Shown here piece after piece: positions 1 through 9,715 of a stretch of 64,000 nt of DNA; position 1 is the first letter of the stretch; the number at the start of each line of letters is the position of its first letter. Both the position numbers and the translations under genes were made by a program. The DNA comes from Candidatus Undinarchaeales archaeon (GTDB lineage: Archaea; SpSt-1190; JASMDC01), in contig JASMDC010000009.1 in the NCBI GenBank assembly GCA_030753015.1, forward strand, positions 37,758-101,757, given 5' to 3'. The notes under the pieces were generated by a model. That model did no database searches and was not told the DNA's origin. It saw only the letters and a list, made by a program, of their open reading frames with translations.

Positions 1-3000
1 GGACCCTGATCGATGCATTCTGTCGTGACCGGGAGCTCGTCGAACCCGTCGAAGCAGCACCAGCCCGTGTCCGAGGAGGCCGTCTGACACCGATCGAAGT
101 ACGGTGCAGCGAGGCCTCCGGCGGCAGGGACGCACTCATCGGTCCCGTTGGCCGACACCCTTGAGGAGTCCAGTGCCATGGTGACGTTGAACATCCGGGC
201 GCAGCAGGCCCGGACGCGGCGTCCCTGCTCGGGATCCTCGGCCTCGCAGGGAACGTTGGTGGTGTGCCACGTCAGGCCCTCCTCGCATACGCACACGCCG
301 GCCTGGGCTTGGCAGTGGGATGCGGACGCGCCATGGCACCGTCGGCATACAGAGGCGCAGTCCATCCCCGGGGTCGTGTAGGTGAGGCAGGCACCGTCCT
401 GGATGAACAGGCGTGCCGGGTCCACGGTCGCAAGGACGTCCACGACCTTCTTCGCCGCGTTCTGGTAGGCGTCGAGGTTGGCGATCTCGATGTTCAGGGG
501 CAGGGCCGTGGCGCGACACGTACCGCACTTACTTGGCGGGCATGCATCGGGATATTCCTCCGGTGTCACCACGATGGGTTCGGTAGGCCCGCCCCCGCCG
601 CATGAGCACGGGCTGTCGGCCACCACGGCAGTCCACCCCTCGTCGTAGCCGTCCACGTTGCGCTTGCAGTACACCTTGCCCACCATGTACTGTGTCCCCA
701 AGGGCTGTCCGAGGTCGAATCCCTGGCCGGAGTTCCATGCTATCGGCTTGTCCTCCGAGATCACCACGCAGGTGCTGGTGTCCTTGGACGCGATGTTGTT
801 CCGCCACGGGCACGGTTCCTTGGACAAGCAGAGCCTGACGACACCCTTCCTGCAGTATATCTCCAAGCTGTCGTCGCTACCCCGCGGTCCGCTGTCATGG
901 ATGAGGTGTTGGTCGATGAGCCCTACGTAGCCGTCGTCCCGGCCTGTACAGTTGAGCTCGACAGCGGGTTTGTCGCACGAGCATGGCTGGTCGGTGCCGT
1001 TCCCGGCGCCCCTTACTGCCGCGAGGAGCACATGCTTCCCTTCAGCGGGATCGATGTGGTTGTTCGCGACCGTAAAGACCTTGCCGTCCCAGGCGTAGAA
1101 CATCACCGTGGTCTTCTTCTTGACACGCCAGACGAACACCACGATGTCCCCTTCACCATTGCCGTCGAAGTCACCGACGAGCATATTGAGCGGTGGTCGC
1201 TTATCGCACTGTTTCTCGATAGTACCACAATCGGCGTCAAGGTCATTGGCCATACGGGCAGCTACCTGGCCGATGGCGTTGAGCCGGTCGAACTCGTCAA
1301 GGGTGAGATCGGCGTTAAGGTTGTCGGCGTTACGGCGCTCCACGGTGCCGCTCCAACTGTAGAAGACGGCCTCGCCCTTTGCAGAGTGCACGGCCAGCTC
1401 TGTCCGCCCGTCACCATTGAAGTCGCCCGCCGCCATCTTTGGGAAGGTCTTCGGGATGTAGAGAGGGATGAGTCGGCCAAATTCCGCGAATTCTGGTTCA
1501 TATATTATGGTGTCCCCGGGGCTGGACGGACCCAACGTGCAGGGGGAGAAGGGCCAAGAGCGTGGGGGGCACGAGCGCGTGGAATAACGTGCGTCCCACA
1601 CGAGATAGCTGCGTTTGTGCTCCTCCAGCTCCCATCGCTTCCCGTCGCCGCCCTTGGGTGTGATGATCCCGTTCCACCGATAGAACCGTATGTGGTCCCT
1701 CTTTACGACCACGGCCAGTTCGTCTCGGCCGTCCCCATCGAAGTCCCCAGCAGTCGTACCATGATAGATATCATCCCCTTCGATTTGGAGACGTGGTCCG
1801 TCGCGGGCCTTGACCTCACCCTTCCACCGGTAGAAGAACACATGGTCGTCGGTGTTGTAGTTGATGGCCAGCTCGTCAGTGCCGTCGCCGTCGAAGTCAC
1901 CCGCGGCCGTCCATATGATATGGGGGTCGCCCCAGCCCATGCCGTCCAGATGCTCCCCTGAGCGCTCGTGGAAGGTGCCGTCCCAGCGGTAGAACCAGAT
2001 GTTGTCATCTGTCTCGAAGTTGATGGCGAGCTCGTCGCGGCCGTCACCGTCCACGTCGATGGCGGTCATACCGGTGATCCGCGGCGTACCCCAGGTCATC
2101 GGATCGAGGTGACCTCCTCTCTTCTCGTGGACAGCCCCTGTGAACTTGTAGAACTTGACGTTGTCCGTTTCAAGAGGGATGAGTGCCATGGTGTCGCTCT
2201 TGTTATCGCTCTTCTTAGGCTGCTGGAGGTACGCCCGCCTAGGTCTCAGGAGCGATTGATCGAGGGTATCGAGCCAGGATGGTTCGGTCATCCCGCTCAT
2301 CTGTAACTGCTTTGGTTTGGGGTCCTTGAACACGGGCTTCCCGTTCACCTTCCATGTCTCGCAACAGAACTTACAGTCATAGGCAACGCCCGTTTCGCCC
2401 CGACCGGCGCAGGCCGTATCCCGACAGCCGAACCCACCATCGTTGTACCCCTTCGCCACCACGAGCCATGTACCGCAAGAGGGCATACACTTGCCGTTGT
2501 CCCAGCTACAGTGGGGCTTACGGCCGTTACACACCTCGGCGGTCTCGTGCTTGCACACGCCTTTGGTCTTATTACCATCGCCTGGACCGGGTGGCTCTTT
2601 CCCCTTACGACCAAAGCACTTCCCCACGGCGAATCCCTCGCAGTACTCCTTCCATGGGCCGTCACCGGAGAGGAGCACGCCTTCGGCCTTCACACGGAGA
2701 CCCGCCTTCCCGACGTCCTTGGGGACGGCGGGATCGGCCAGGATACCGATCAGCTTCTTCAGGCGGGTCTGGAACTCGGTGATGTTGAGGTCGGCCGACT
2801 TGAACGTGGCATTGATCAGGGCCTGGAGTTCCTCAATATCCTCTTTCAAAGGTTCGGTGGCCGTGCCGTTGGTCGTGCCATTACGCACCTTGCTCACCAT
2901 CTCGTCCATTGCCTTGACGAGCCCGGGGAGGAGGGTGAGGAGGTTATCCTCGAGATACGCGCGGAGCGAACCTACTTCCTTGGCGAGCTCGCACACGTTC

Positions 3001-3998
3001 GCTTTGGAGCCAAGAGTGCAGGCGTCGTTCACTGCACCCACCAGCCGGGTGCACTCATACACACGAACGGGTAGAGGGAGGCTTGCCCGCTGCAAGGTGC
3101 ACGACCCGCCGCTCCGGCAAGGGATGCCATCGCAGAGGGGGCAGGCGCCGAGGGAGCTGTTCTTTACACCGCTCCCGCACTTACCGGGGCATGCGGTCTT
3201 GGCCGCCTTCGCGCAGGCCGACGGGTCCAACGTTCCAGGACCCTTCCCGGGACCCTTTTCAGGACCTTTTCCCGTTCCATTTCCCTTTCCGGTGTCGTTG
3301 ACCGGATTCGCCAGAGCACCGCCGCACTGGGCGTATCCCTTGGCATCGAAGGCACCTTTGGTGCGCTCGCACACCTTGCAGTGCGCGTTCAGGGTGTCCT
3401 GGATGATCGCAAGATTGGTGACAAGAGCCATGTAGAACTCGTTGAACTGACCATAGACGTCCCGACTGGCCTCCAGGTATTCGACGATGTTGTCGAAATG
3501 CCGTGACTCACACTTGAGCTTAGACATGTCCAGTGGTTCCACCTTGCCCTCGACGTTCACGCTGCCGGTAAAGGTGAACGGTGGGATGAGCCCGCACATG
3601 TCCGGCGAGATACACTTATCGCCGCCCCCCTTTCTCTTCTTGCAGTTGCAATGGTGCGTGGGCAGCGTCTGGCGCCAATCGTCGTAGTCGCCGTACCGGC
3701 ACTGTCCCGGCGACACCTGTTTGCCGCAGCACCACCGCTTGCCATCGCGAAGTCTGCATCCCCCCTCGAGGTGGTCACCGAACTCTTGCAGCCCTGAACC
3801 GTTCTCCACGTTGCACACGTTGCACCGGGGCCCGTCGTATTGTAATACGGGGCCATTGTACCCGTTGTTCGTGCTGCACACTTGGTTGCAGTCCTCACCG
3901 TTGGTGGCGACCCACTCGGTGCCCCCCGCCGCTACGCTCAAGGACGTGGAGAGCGCTAGCGCAATAACTATCGCTAGCAGGGCGTGGAGACCTTTCAT
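1..3998 (-). CDS. Large secreted Cys-rich protein with FG-GAP/VCBS-like repeats (3' end runs off window, >1330 aa)
   Basis: Manual translation of the minus strand from ATG at 3998 (MKGLHALLAIVIALALSTSLSVAAGG, signal peptide) stays open to the window edge, which is why the ORF track omits it. Five Ca-binding FG-GAP-type motifs (DVDGDGRDELAI, GDFDGDGTDELAI, GDFDGDGRDELAV, GDFNGDGRTELAV, GDFDGNGEGDIVV) lie at ~1130-2060. AGGAGGG RBS-like element upstream. Confidence 0.85.
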   Translation of the reverse strand, partial: MKGLHALLAIVIALALSTSLSVAAGGTEWVATNGEDCNQVCSTNNGYNGPVLQYDGPRCNVCNVENGSGLQEFGDHLEGGCRLRDGKRWCCGKQVSPGQCRYGDYDDWRQTLPTHHCNCKKRKGGGDKCISPDMCGLIPPFTFTGSVNVEGKVEPLDMSKLKCESRHFDNIVEYLEASRDVYGQFNEFYMALVTNLAIIQDTLNAHCKVCERTKGAFDAKGYAQCGGALANPVNDTGKGNGTGKGPEKGPGKGPGTLDPSACAKAAKTACPGKCGSGVKNSSLGACPLCDGIPCRSGGSCTLQRASLPLPVRVYECTRLVGAVNDACTLGSKANVCELAKEVGSLRAYLEDNLLTLLPGLVKAMDEMVSKVRNGTTNGTATEPLKEDIEELQALINATFKSADLNITEFQTRLKKLIGILADPAVPKDVGKAGLRVKAEGVLLSGDGPWKEYCEGFAVGKCFGRKGKEPPGPGDGNKTKGVCKHETAEVCNGRKPHCSWDNGKCMPSCGTWLVVAKGYNDGGFGCRDTACAGRGETGVAYDCKFCCETWKVNGKPVFKDPKPKQLQMSGMTEPSWLDTLDQSLLRPRRAYLQQPKKSDNKSDTMALIPLETDNVKFYKFTGAVHEKRGGHLDPMTWGTPRITGMTAIDVDGDGRDELAINFETDDNIWFYRWDGTFHERSGEHLDGMGWGDPHIIWTAAGDFDGDGTDELAINYNTDDHVFFYRWKGEVKARDGPRLQIEGDDIYHGTTAGDFDGDGRDELAVVVKRDHIRFYRWNGIITPKGGDGKRWELEEHKRSYLVWDARYSTRSCPPRSWPFSPCTLGPSSPGDTIIYEPEFAEFGRLIPLYIPKTFPKMAAGDFNGDGRTELAVHSAKGEAVFYSWSGTVERRNADNLNADLTLDEFDRLNAIGQVAARMANDLDADCGTIEKQCDKRPPLNMLVGDFDGNGEGDIVVFVWRVKKKTTVMFYAWDGKVFTVANNHIDPAEGKHVLLAAVRGAGNGTDQPCSCDKPAVELNCTGRDDGYVGLIDQHLIHDSGPRGSDDSLEIYCRKGVVRLCLSKEPCPWRNNIASKDTSTCVVISEDKPIAWNSGQGFDLGQPLGTQYMVGKVYCKRNVDGYDEGWTAVVADSPCSCGGGGPTEPIVVTPEEYPDACPPSKCGTCRATALPLNIEIANLDAYQNAAKKVVDVLATVDPARLFIQDGACLTYTTPGMDCASVCRRCHGASASHCQAQAGVCVCEEGLTWHTTNVPCEAEDPEQGRRVRACCARMFNVTMALDSSRVSANGTDECVPAAGGLAAPYFDRCQTASSDTGWCCFDGFDELPVTTECIDQG

Positions 3999-4060
3999 CG
4001 CTGACACTGGTGATACGACCCTCCTATGAGTGGTCCCATTTTGGTTCTGTATCGTCCCAG

Positions 4061-4070
4061 TTTTATATAA
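4061..4070 (-). promoter_or_regulatory. Archaeal TATA box (TTATATAAAA) for the FG-GAP protein gene
   Basis: AT-rich box in GC-rich context, upstream of the RBS and start at 3998. Confidence 0.6.
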
Positions 4071-4397
4071 TGTTCTTGGAACGCCTGTGGGACGCGTGAA
4101 ACGCCCGTTGTTCTTTCGAGGCTAGGGAATGGGGGCGCTCCGCCCTTACTGGTCAGATTGGGCGGTTCTATCGGCAGGATGAACGCTCGGGAGCAGATAA
4201 CATGGTGTAGTTTTTACAGGAGCAGGGGGTGCGCTCAGCCTACGACCAGCACGATACCAATGACCGTGGTCACGACACCGCCGAGCATCCTCAGGCTCGC
4301 TGCCTCGCCCAGGGCGATCGATATCAATGCCGTGAGGATGGGGCTGGATGCTGTGATGGAGGAGATCACGCCACCATCGGCGAGCTCGAGGCCCTTG

Positions 4398-4405
4398 TAC
4401 GTGAG
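4398..4405 (+). repeat. Left target-site duplication TACGTGAG
   Basis: Identical 8-mer at 5979-5986, directly abutting the TIRs. Confidence 0.9.
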
Positions 4406-5978
4406 GTACTTGTTAAGCTGCCCGCATGCATAGCTCCCTGCTGAGCAGCTCTTTCAGTTCCCCGTACACGTTCTTTCCCTGGAATCTCCACGTAGCGACC
4501 AAGGACGCGATGTACTGGTAGTTCTCGGCGCCTTCATCAGAGCGGAAGCATCCTATGATCTTGCGCCACAGCACACATTCGCGGATGGCCTGCTCGCCGA
4601 GATTGTTCGTCGGCTCCATGCCCGGATGGGCGACGCATGTGTACCAGCTCCCCAATCCGTTACGGATGTACGTCACCGGGACATGAAGCTCCTTGTACTT
4701 TTCGAACTTGCACACGAGCTCCTCCATCTCCTGCTCCCAGACCGCCTTCTGGCGGAGCCGCTCCTCCATCGGAGGATCCTTGTCCAGGAACCGTCTCAAC
4801 TTCTTGAACTTCTGATGGATCCGCTTGCTTAGCAACTTTCCCTGCTTGGATACGCCCTTCACATCATCCACCTTCCGAAGGAGGTGGGCCCAGCATCTCT
4901 GTAGTTGGAGGAAGATGTTGTATGACTTCCACCCGTCCGTCACGCCGATGCCGTTAGGTATCTTGCCAAGGATCTCCGCAACCACTTTCGCGCCCCGCGA
5001 GTCCCTGAGAGCGAAGAGCACATGGCCGTCGGGGTCGCGGAATATCCAGAGCCACCACCTCTTCCCGAGGACCGAGAAGCTGGTCTCGTCGACGTACTTG
5101 TACGGCGCTTGGGCGATCAGTTGCCTGGTTCTCTCGTACTCTCCCTTGCACGCCTCGCCCACCCGGCGCAGGACGTTGTGGACGGTGGTCGCAGTGATCG
5201 GGAAGCCGTGGACGGACTGGATGTGCTCTGCCGCCTTGCGCAGAACCCCGCGCAGTGCGTATGTGAGCATGACGATGTTGAGGATGACGTTCAGGCCAAG
5301 CTGCCCCTTCTGCGGGCACTCGGGATGGGCGGCCGTGAACTCGTGCCCGCAGTCACTGCACTTGTACTTGTTGCACTCGTACGCGGTGACGATGGGCTCC
5401 GAGGGCGTCTCGATGTCCTCGCGGACCTTCACCTCACTCTCGCCTTCAAGTTCTTCGATGTTCCCTGAACCGCAGTGAGTGCAGTGATCCGACTCCACAG
5501 GTACGTGCCGGTTCGGCACGGGCGTGGGCCGTGTGGCCCCAGGATGGCCCTTGGGTGCCCCCCTCTTCTTGGGACCTTTGGAGCGGTCCACCTCCTTCTT
5601 GGGCTTGATCCTCTGCTGGGATGGGGGCGTGTTGGGGTTCTTGTAGAAACAGAGTTCTCTCTTGAGCTCGGTGATCTGCTTCCTGAGCGCCGGGATCTCA
5701 GCGTTCTCTGCCAGAAGGCTCTCAACGGTGAATTCAAGTTCCTCGATCCGGCTGTCCTTCTTGGCGTCAGACGCTTGAAGGGATTCAACTGTAGACTGAA
5801 GCGACTCCACAAGATGGGTCAGCAGTTCAACCTTCGATTCAAGGTTGGCGGATCCAGTGGCAAGGGGGAGAATGTCCTGTGTGTTGCATGCGCCTGGGGG
5901 TGGCACGAAGAAGTGAGAGGACAATCATCGTTTTTCTCAGTTTGCTACGCGGGAAGTGCCGCCAAGCTTAACAAATAC
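4406..5978 (-). mobile_element. IS66-family insertion sequence (single-ORF, ISBst12-like), 1573 bp
   Basis: Terminal inverted repeats GTACTTGTTAAGCT / GTATTTGTTAAGCT (13/14 match), flanked by 8-bp direct repeats TACGTGAG at 4398-4405 and 5979-5986, enclosing a DDE transposase. Confidence 0.92.
4413..5924 (-). CDS. IS66-family transposase
   Basis: N-terminal coiled coil, NTPPS motif, GAPKGHPG, CxxC Zn ribbons, and VDET / TDGW / QRCWAHLLR / PTNNLGEQAIR motifs typical of IS66 TnpC. Exact start uncertain. Confidence 0.93.
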   Translation of the reverse strand: MSSHFFVPPPGACNTQDILPLATGSANLESKVELLTHLVESLQSTVESLQASDAKKDSRIEELEFTVESLLAENAEIPALRKQITELKRELCFYKNPNTPPSQQRIKPKKEVDRSKGPKKRGAPKGHPGATRPTPVPNRHVPVESDHCTHCGSGNIEELEGESEVKVREDIETPSEPIVTAYECNKYKCSDCGHEFTAAHPECPQKGQLGLNVILNIVMLTYALRGVLRKAAEHIQSVHGFPITATTVHNVLRRVGEACKGEYERTRQLIAQAPYKYVDETSFSVLGKRWWLWIFRDPDGHVLFALRDSRGAKVVAEILGKIPNGIGVTDGWKSYNIFLQLQRCWAHLLRKVDDVKGVSKQGKLLSKRIHQKFKKLRRFLDKDPPMEERLRQKAVWEQEMEELVCKFEKYKELHVPVTYIRNGLGSWYTCVAHPGMEPTNNLGEQAIRECVLWRKIIGCFRSDEGAENYQYIASLVATWRFQGKNVYGELKELLSRELCMRAA

Positions 5979-5986
5979 TACGTGAG
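5979..5986 (+). repeat. Right target-site duplication TACGTGAG
   Basis: Identical 8-mer at 4398-4405. Confidence 0.9.
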
Positions 5987-6875
5987 TATCGAACCGAAGA
6001 CGGAGCCCACGACACCGCCGATGCTGAGCAGGGCAACACGGCGACCGCTCAGGAGAGACATGTTCGATCGCATGTTCCTCGTCATGGCATTGATGACCAT
6101 CATGAAGACGAATCCTCCTGTCAAGCGGTAGAGATTGAGGATCTCAGGGCGTACCGCGTCAACAACCGTTTTGAAAATGGAGATGCCGACCGCCCAGCAT
6201 AATGCGGCACCCAGGGAGAGGGCGATGCCCATGCCATAATTTGAATGCATAAAAGCGTCTTTCGTCAGGACAGAGGTCGTGGCACGCAGGCGTTTGAGCG
6301 TGTAGGCTGGACGCAGGGCACGCCCGAGACCGAATCCGTATCGCTGGTGATCTTCCGAAGGCTTGTAGATGGCCCCCTCCTCGCTGCGGGACGTGGACAC
6401 CAGGTAGATACCCATCATCACAAGGGTGATCCCAATGAGGGTCCGCACAACGATGGACTCTCCCAGGATGAGCATGACGAAGAGCGGGTACACTGAGCTG
6501 ATGCTCACCGCTCTGGACACACCGATGGCGCTGATCGCTCGAATGAGGAGGGTGTCGGCGATGGCGAGGTTCACCACACCACCAGCGAGGATGAGGGCTA
6601 CATGTGTGTCGCTGACGGCCAGCACCTCACTGGCGAACGGTGCCATTGCAACGATAAGTGTGAGCACAGTGAGGGGGGCAGCCAAACGCACAAGGCTGGC
6701 GAAGGGTGATGGTAGGTCCTTTGCACCCCGCTCGAAGAATACAGGGCACATAGCGAAGCACAGAGCTGCCCCGAACGCGTAGAAGATTCCCTCGTTCAGT
6801 GACATTGTCCTGCCTCGCGGGGGATGGCACACATTCCACGCTTCTTAAGGATTGAGTTGGGGTATAAGGACGGGA

Positions 6876-8531
6876 TTATGCTCCCGAGTAGAGCACATCG
6901 CCAGCTTGCTCGCCGAGCTCGTCCCGGCCGTCATGGTTGTCGTAGGCGACCTTACCGTTGACGAGCACGTAGTCGATGCCCTCGGGATGCTGACACGGAT
7001 CCTCGAAAGTGGCATTGTCCTTGAGGTCCTGGTAATCGAAGACCGTGATGTCGGCGCGTTTGCCCACCTCGATCGAACCGCGCTCGTCGTCGATGCCTAG
7101 CGCCTGTGCCGGCCGGTAGGTCATCATCTGGACCGCCTCGGGCAGGGTGAGAACGCCCTCGTCCCGGGCGTACTTCGCAAGCACCCGGGGGAAGCTACCA
7201 TAGAGACGCGGGTGGGGCTTGCCCATGACAAGCCCGTCCGTGGACACGGTCTGGTAGGGGAGCTGCAGGAATCTCGACTTGTTCTCCTCGCTCATGGAGT
7301 GGGCGATCATGGAGACCCCCATCTCCTCGTTCTGGAGGAGGTCGAACACGTGGTGGAACGCTTTGCGGGACGTGGGATCGATGCCCTTCTCACGGCAGAT
7401 CTCGGCGATCGACTTGCCCACGTCGCCCTGGTACGGGCTGCCGTCGCTCACCGAGGAGACGTAGATGCCCTCCCAGCCCCCGTTGGAGAACTTGTAGAAG
7501 TTATCCCAGTCGCACGGTCCCTGGGCCAACATGTCATCGATCATTTGCTCCCGCTCCAGGGGATTGGCGAGCCGGACCAGGGTGGCATCGGTCCCGCCGT
7601 CGTGGACCCATGGTGGCAGGACCGCGCCGAGCATTGTGGAGCCGGCGGTGTAGGGATACATGTCGCTTGTGACGTTCATCCCTTCATCACGGTAGGAATC
7701 GATGAGCTTGATCATCTCGTCGGCCTTGGCCCAGTTGTCGCTGCCTGCAGCCTTGAGATGGGAGATGTGTACGTGGACGCCGGTCTTCTTACCGACCTCC
7801 AGCACTTCCTTGAGCGATTCCACAACGTAATCGCTCTCGTTGCGGATGTGGACCATGAAGATGCCGTCGTGCTCGGCCACGGTGGAGCACAGTGCCTCCA
7901 CCTCGGGGGAGTCTGCATAGCACGCAGGCGGATAGATGAGACCCGAGGATAGCCCATAGGCCCCCTCCTCCATGGACGATTCGAGCACATCCTTCATTCG
8001 GACGAGCTCGGCGTCGGTGGGGGCATGGTCTCCTGCGCCCATCACGTGCTCACGCAGGGTGGAGTGACCCACCAGGGAGGCCACGTTGGTAGCGGTGTGG
8101 GCGTCGACCCTGTCGAGGTACTCCCCCATGGTATTCCAGTCCCAATCTGCGGGATCGAGGGCGCCGTCCACTCCGCCGAGCTTGCGGGCGAGTTCCTCCT
8201 TGTCTGCATCTCGTACGGGTACTACGGAGAGGCCGTCCTGGCCGGTTACCTGGGTCGTGACGCCCTGCTTGATCTTGGGTACATCGCCGCGGTTCAGCCC
8301 TTCGGGAGTAGGCTCGAACACCGCGAGGTCCGCGTGTGCGTGCATGTCGATGAACCCGGGGGCGACGTATTCCCCGTCGAGCTGGATCACCCGGTCCGCG
8401 GACTGGCCGTCCAGGTCGCCGATGGCGGTGATGACGCCGTCCTTGACAGCGATGTCAGCACTATAAGGATCGCCGCCGCGCCCGTCAACGACGGTACCGT
8501 CGCGAATGATCAGGTCGTAATCAGGATCCAT
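6876..8531 (-). CDS. N-acyl-D-amino-acid deacylase (D-aminoacylase) family amidohydrolase
   Basis: YDLIIRDGTVVDG, PGFIDMHAH, GLSSGLIYPP, HISHLK, DMYPYTAGST, HPRLYGSFPRVL motifs. Start set at MDPDYDL, just downstream of the TATA box at ~8564-8571. Confidence 0.9.
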   Translation of the reverse strand: MDPDYDLIIRDGTVVDGRGGDPYSADIAVKDGVITAIGDLDGQSADRVIQLDGEYVAPGFIDMHAHADLAVFEPTPEGLNRGDVPKIKQGVTTQVTGQDGLSVVPVRDADKEELARKLGGVDGALDPADWDWNTMGEYLDRVDAHTATNVASLVGHSTLREHVMGAGDHAPTDAELVRMKDVLESSMEEGAYGLSSGLIYPPACYADSPEVEALCSTVAEHDGIFMVHIRNESDYVVESLKEVLEVGKKTGVHVHISHLKAAGSDNWAKADEMIKLIDSYRDEGMNVTSDMYPYTAGSTMLGAVLPPWVHDGGTDATLVRLANPLEREQMIDDMLAQGPCDWDNFYKFSNGGWEGIYVSSVSDGSPYQGDVGKSIAEICREKGIDPTSRKAFHHVFDLLQNEEMGVSMIAHSMSEENKSRFLQLPYQTVSTDGLVMGKPHPRLYGSFPRVLAKYARDEGVLTLPEAVQMMTYRPAQALGIDDERGSIEVGKRADITVFDYQDLKDNATFEDPCQHPEGIDYVLVNGKVAYDNHDGRDELGEQAGDVLYSGA

Positions 8532-8583
8532 CCTATTGTCCTGGGATATTATGGGGGGAGCGGTATATAAACCTTCCCTTTTT

Positions 8584-8614
8584 GTTACCACTCTGGAGGA
8601 GTAACATATATATA
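8584..8614 (+). promoter_or_regulatory. GTTAC-N12-GTAAC palindrome followed by TATA box
   Basis: GTTACCACTCTGGAGGAGTAAC then ATATATATA; a near-identical arrangement occurs at 9662-9694. Confidence 0.65.
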
Positions 8615-8637
8615 TGAGTTCTGACTACTATACTCCG

Positions 8638-9459
8638 TTGGTCTATACCGATGCCGTACAGTACGTAAAACCCAGTGAGGTATACGGCTGGGAGCACGGT
8701 GATACCTACGACGCTCTTGTCGATGTCGCTAAAGAGGGCAAGTGGGAGGAGTACAACATCCCTCCCGCCGAGGTGGTGCACTTCCCCAACGGTGTCACTA
8801 AGGACCTGCCCAACGTACATTACGTCATCGTCAACGGCCATCACCGCCATAACGCCGCCCACCAGGCCGGAGAGAAGTTCCCGGTGCTGCCCGTGGACGT
8901 GGGGAAGAAGGGGCGAGATGGCTATGCTGAGAGCGCCATGCGCTATCATGGTGGTGGAACGTACGATTCTAAGTTCAATCCATACAAATCCATGAAGGAC
9001 AAGAGCCCGGAATGGAACGCGGACGGAGTTCCTACCAAGCACATCCTAAAGGAGTCGACCACGATCAGCGACTACTGGGATGACATGTTCAAGGTGGAGG
9101 CCCTGCGCGATCCGGGGATCCTGGAGAGCTCAATCTACGATCTCCTGCACGACAAGGCATACAAGCTTGGGCGAAAGAAGGTGGACAAAATCGACCTCCA
9201 GATAGGTAGCTCAGTGTACGACCATGCCGCCAGCGGTAAGTCGACATCCTTCGACTACGTGACGATCTCGTACTCGGGCGACAAGGAGCACCCCGACAAC
9301 ATCGATGATCTACTCGAGCATGGCCGAGTGAAGGTGGGCAGCCGCTCTTTCAAAGCGAAGGACGTGGCGAACAAGCCCATCTACGATCTTCTGCCAAAGA
9401 AGGCTAGACGCGAGACACCGCATGAGATAGAGCTGGGGATCAACGTGGATCTCTATTGA
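8638..9459 (+). CDS. ParB/sulfiredoxin N-terminal-domain protein with unknown C-terminal domain (paralogue 1)
   Basis: IPPAEVV...HYVIVNGHHRHNAA ParB/Srx-like motif. Start reassigned to TTG 8638 because it aligns with paralogue MTYTDAV and lies 33 bp after GTAAC, as at 9716. Confidence 0.7.
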   Translation: MVYTDAVQYVKPSEVYGWEHGDTYDALVDVAKEGKWEEYNIPPAEVVHFPNGVTKDLPNVHYVIVNGHHRHNAAHQAGEKFPVLPVDVGKKGRDGYAESAMRYHGGGTYDSKFNPYKSMKDKSPEWNADGVPTKHILKESTTISDYWDDMFKVEALRDPGILESSIYDLLHDKAYKLGRKKVDKIDLQIGSSVYDHAASGKSTSFDYVTISYSGDKEHPDNIDDLLEHGRVKVGSRSFKAKDVANKPIYDLLPKKARRETPHEIELGINVDLY

Positions 9460-9614
9460 GGCCAACTTCTTCATGAATAATCGTACTAGCGGATATGCCC
9501 TACTCTCGATACCTTGAGATGGGGAAATTAGTTAATCTCGGAACACTCATACCTGATCACGTTCTATTGATGGTTCAATGGGCCTTCGTATGCTGATTAC
9601 AGGGATGAATAACC

Positions 9615-9638
9615 ATGGTTTCAGTGAGGTGAAACCAT
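9615..9638. repeat. Perfect 9-bp inverted repeat ATGGTTTCA-N6-TGAAACCAT
   Basis: Directly visible in the intergenic region; function unknown. Confidence 0.55.
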
Positions 9639-9661
9639 CCGGAACAGTGGATGTGCTACTC

Positions 9662-9694
9662 GTTACCACTCAACAGAGGTAACATTTATATATA
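9662..9694 (+). promoter_or_regulatory. Second GTTAC-N12-GTAAC palindrome plus TATA box
   Basis: GTTACCACTCAACAGAGGTAAC then ATTTATATATA; ATG lies 33 bp after GTAAC. Confidence 0.65.
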
Positions 9695-9715
9695 GGACGA
9701 ACTATCGTCGCTTGT

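Larger units (their letters stand above)
4235..6805 (-). pseudogene. EamA/DMT family transporter interrupted by IS66-family element
   Basis: The N-terminal part (6805-5979) has two-repeat DMT hydrophobic helices and ends ...VFGSILT. The C-terminal part (4405-4235) continues YKGLELADGGVISSITASSPILTALISIALGE...VLVVG*. Removing the IS plus one TSD copy restores a continuous frame (SILTYKGLE). Confidence 0.9.

Noticed and set aside
3230-3295. Short tandem GGACCCTT-like DNA repeats
   Set aside because: Encode a GKGP low-complexity linker within the CDS
136-4029. Numerous plus-strand and short ORFs listed in the track (e.g. 897-1961, 2443-3435)
   Set aside because: Antisense or frame shadows of the long minus-strand gene 1-3998; typical of high-GC DNA
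8614-8637. ATG 8614 as start of ParB-like paralogue 1
   Set aside because: Overlaps the TATA box; TTG 8638 matches the paralogue N-terminus and promoter spacing
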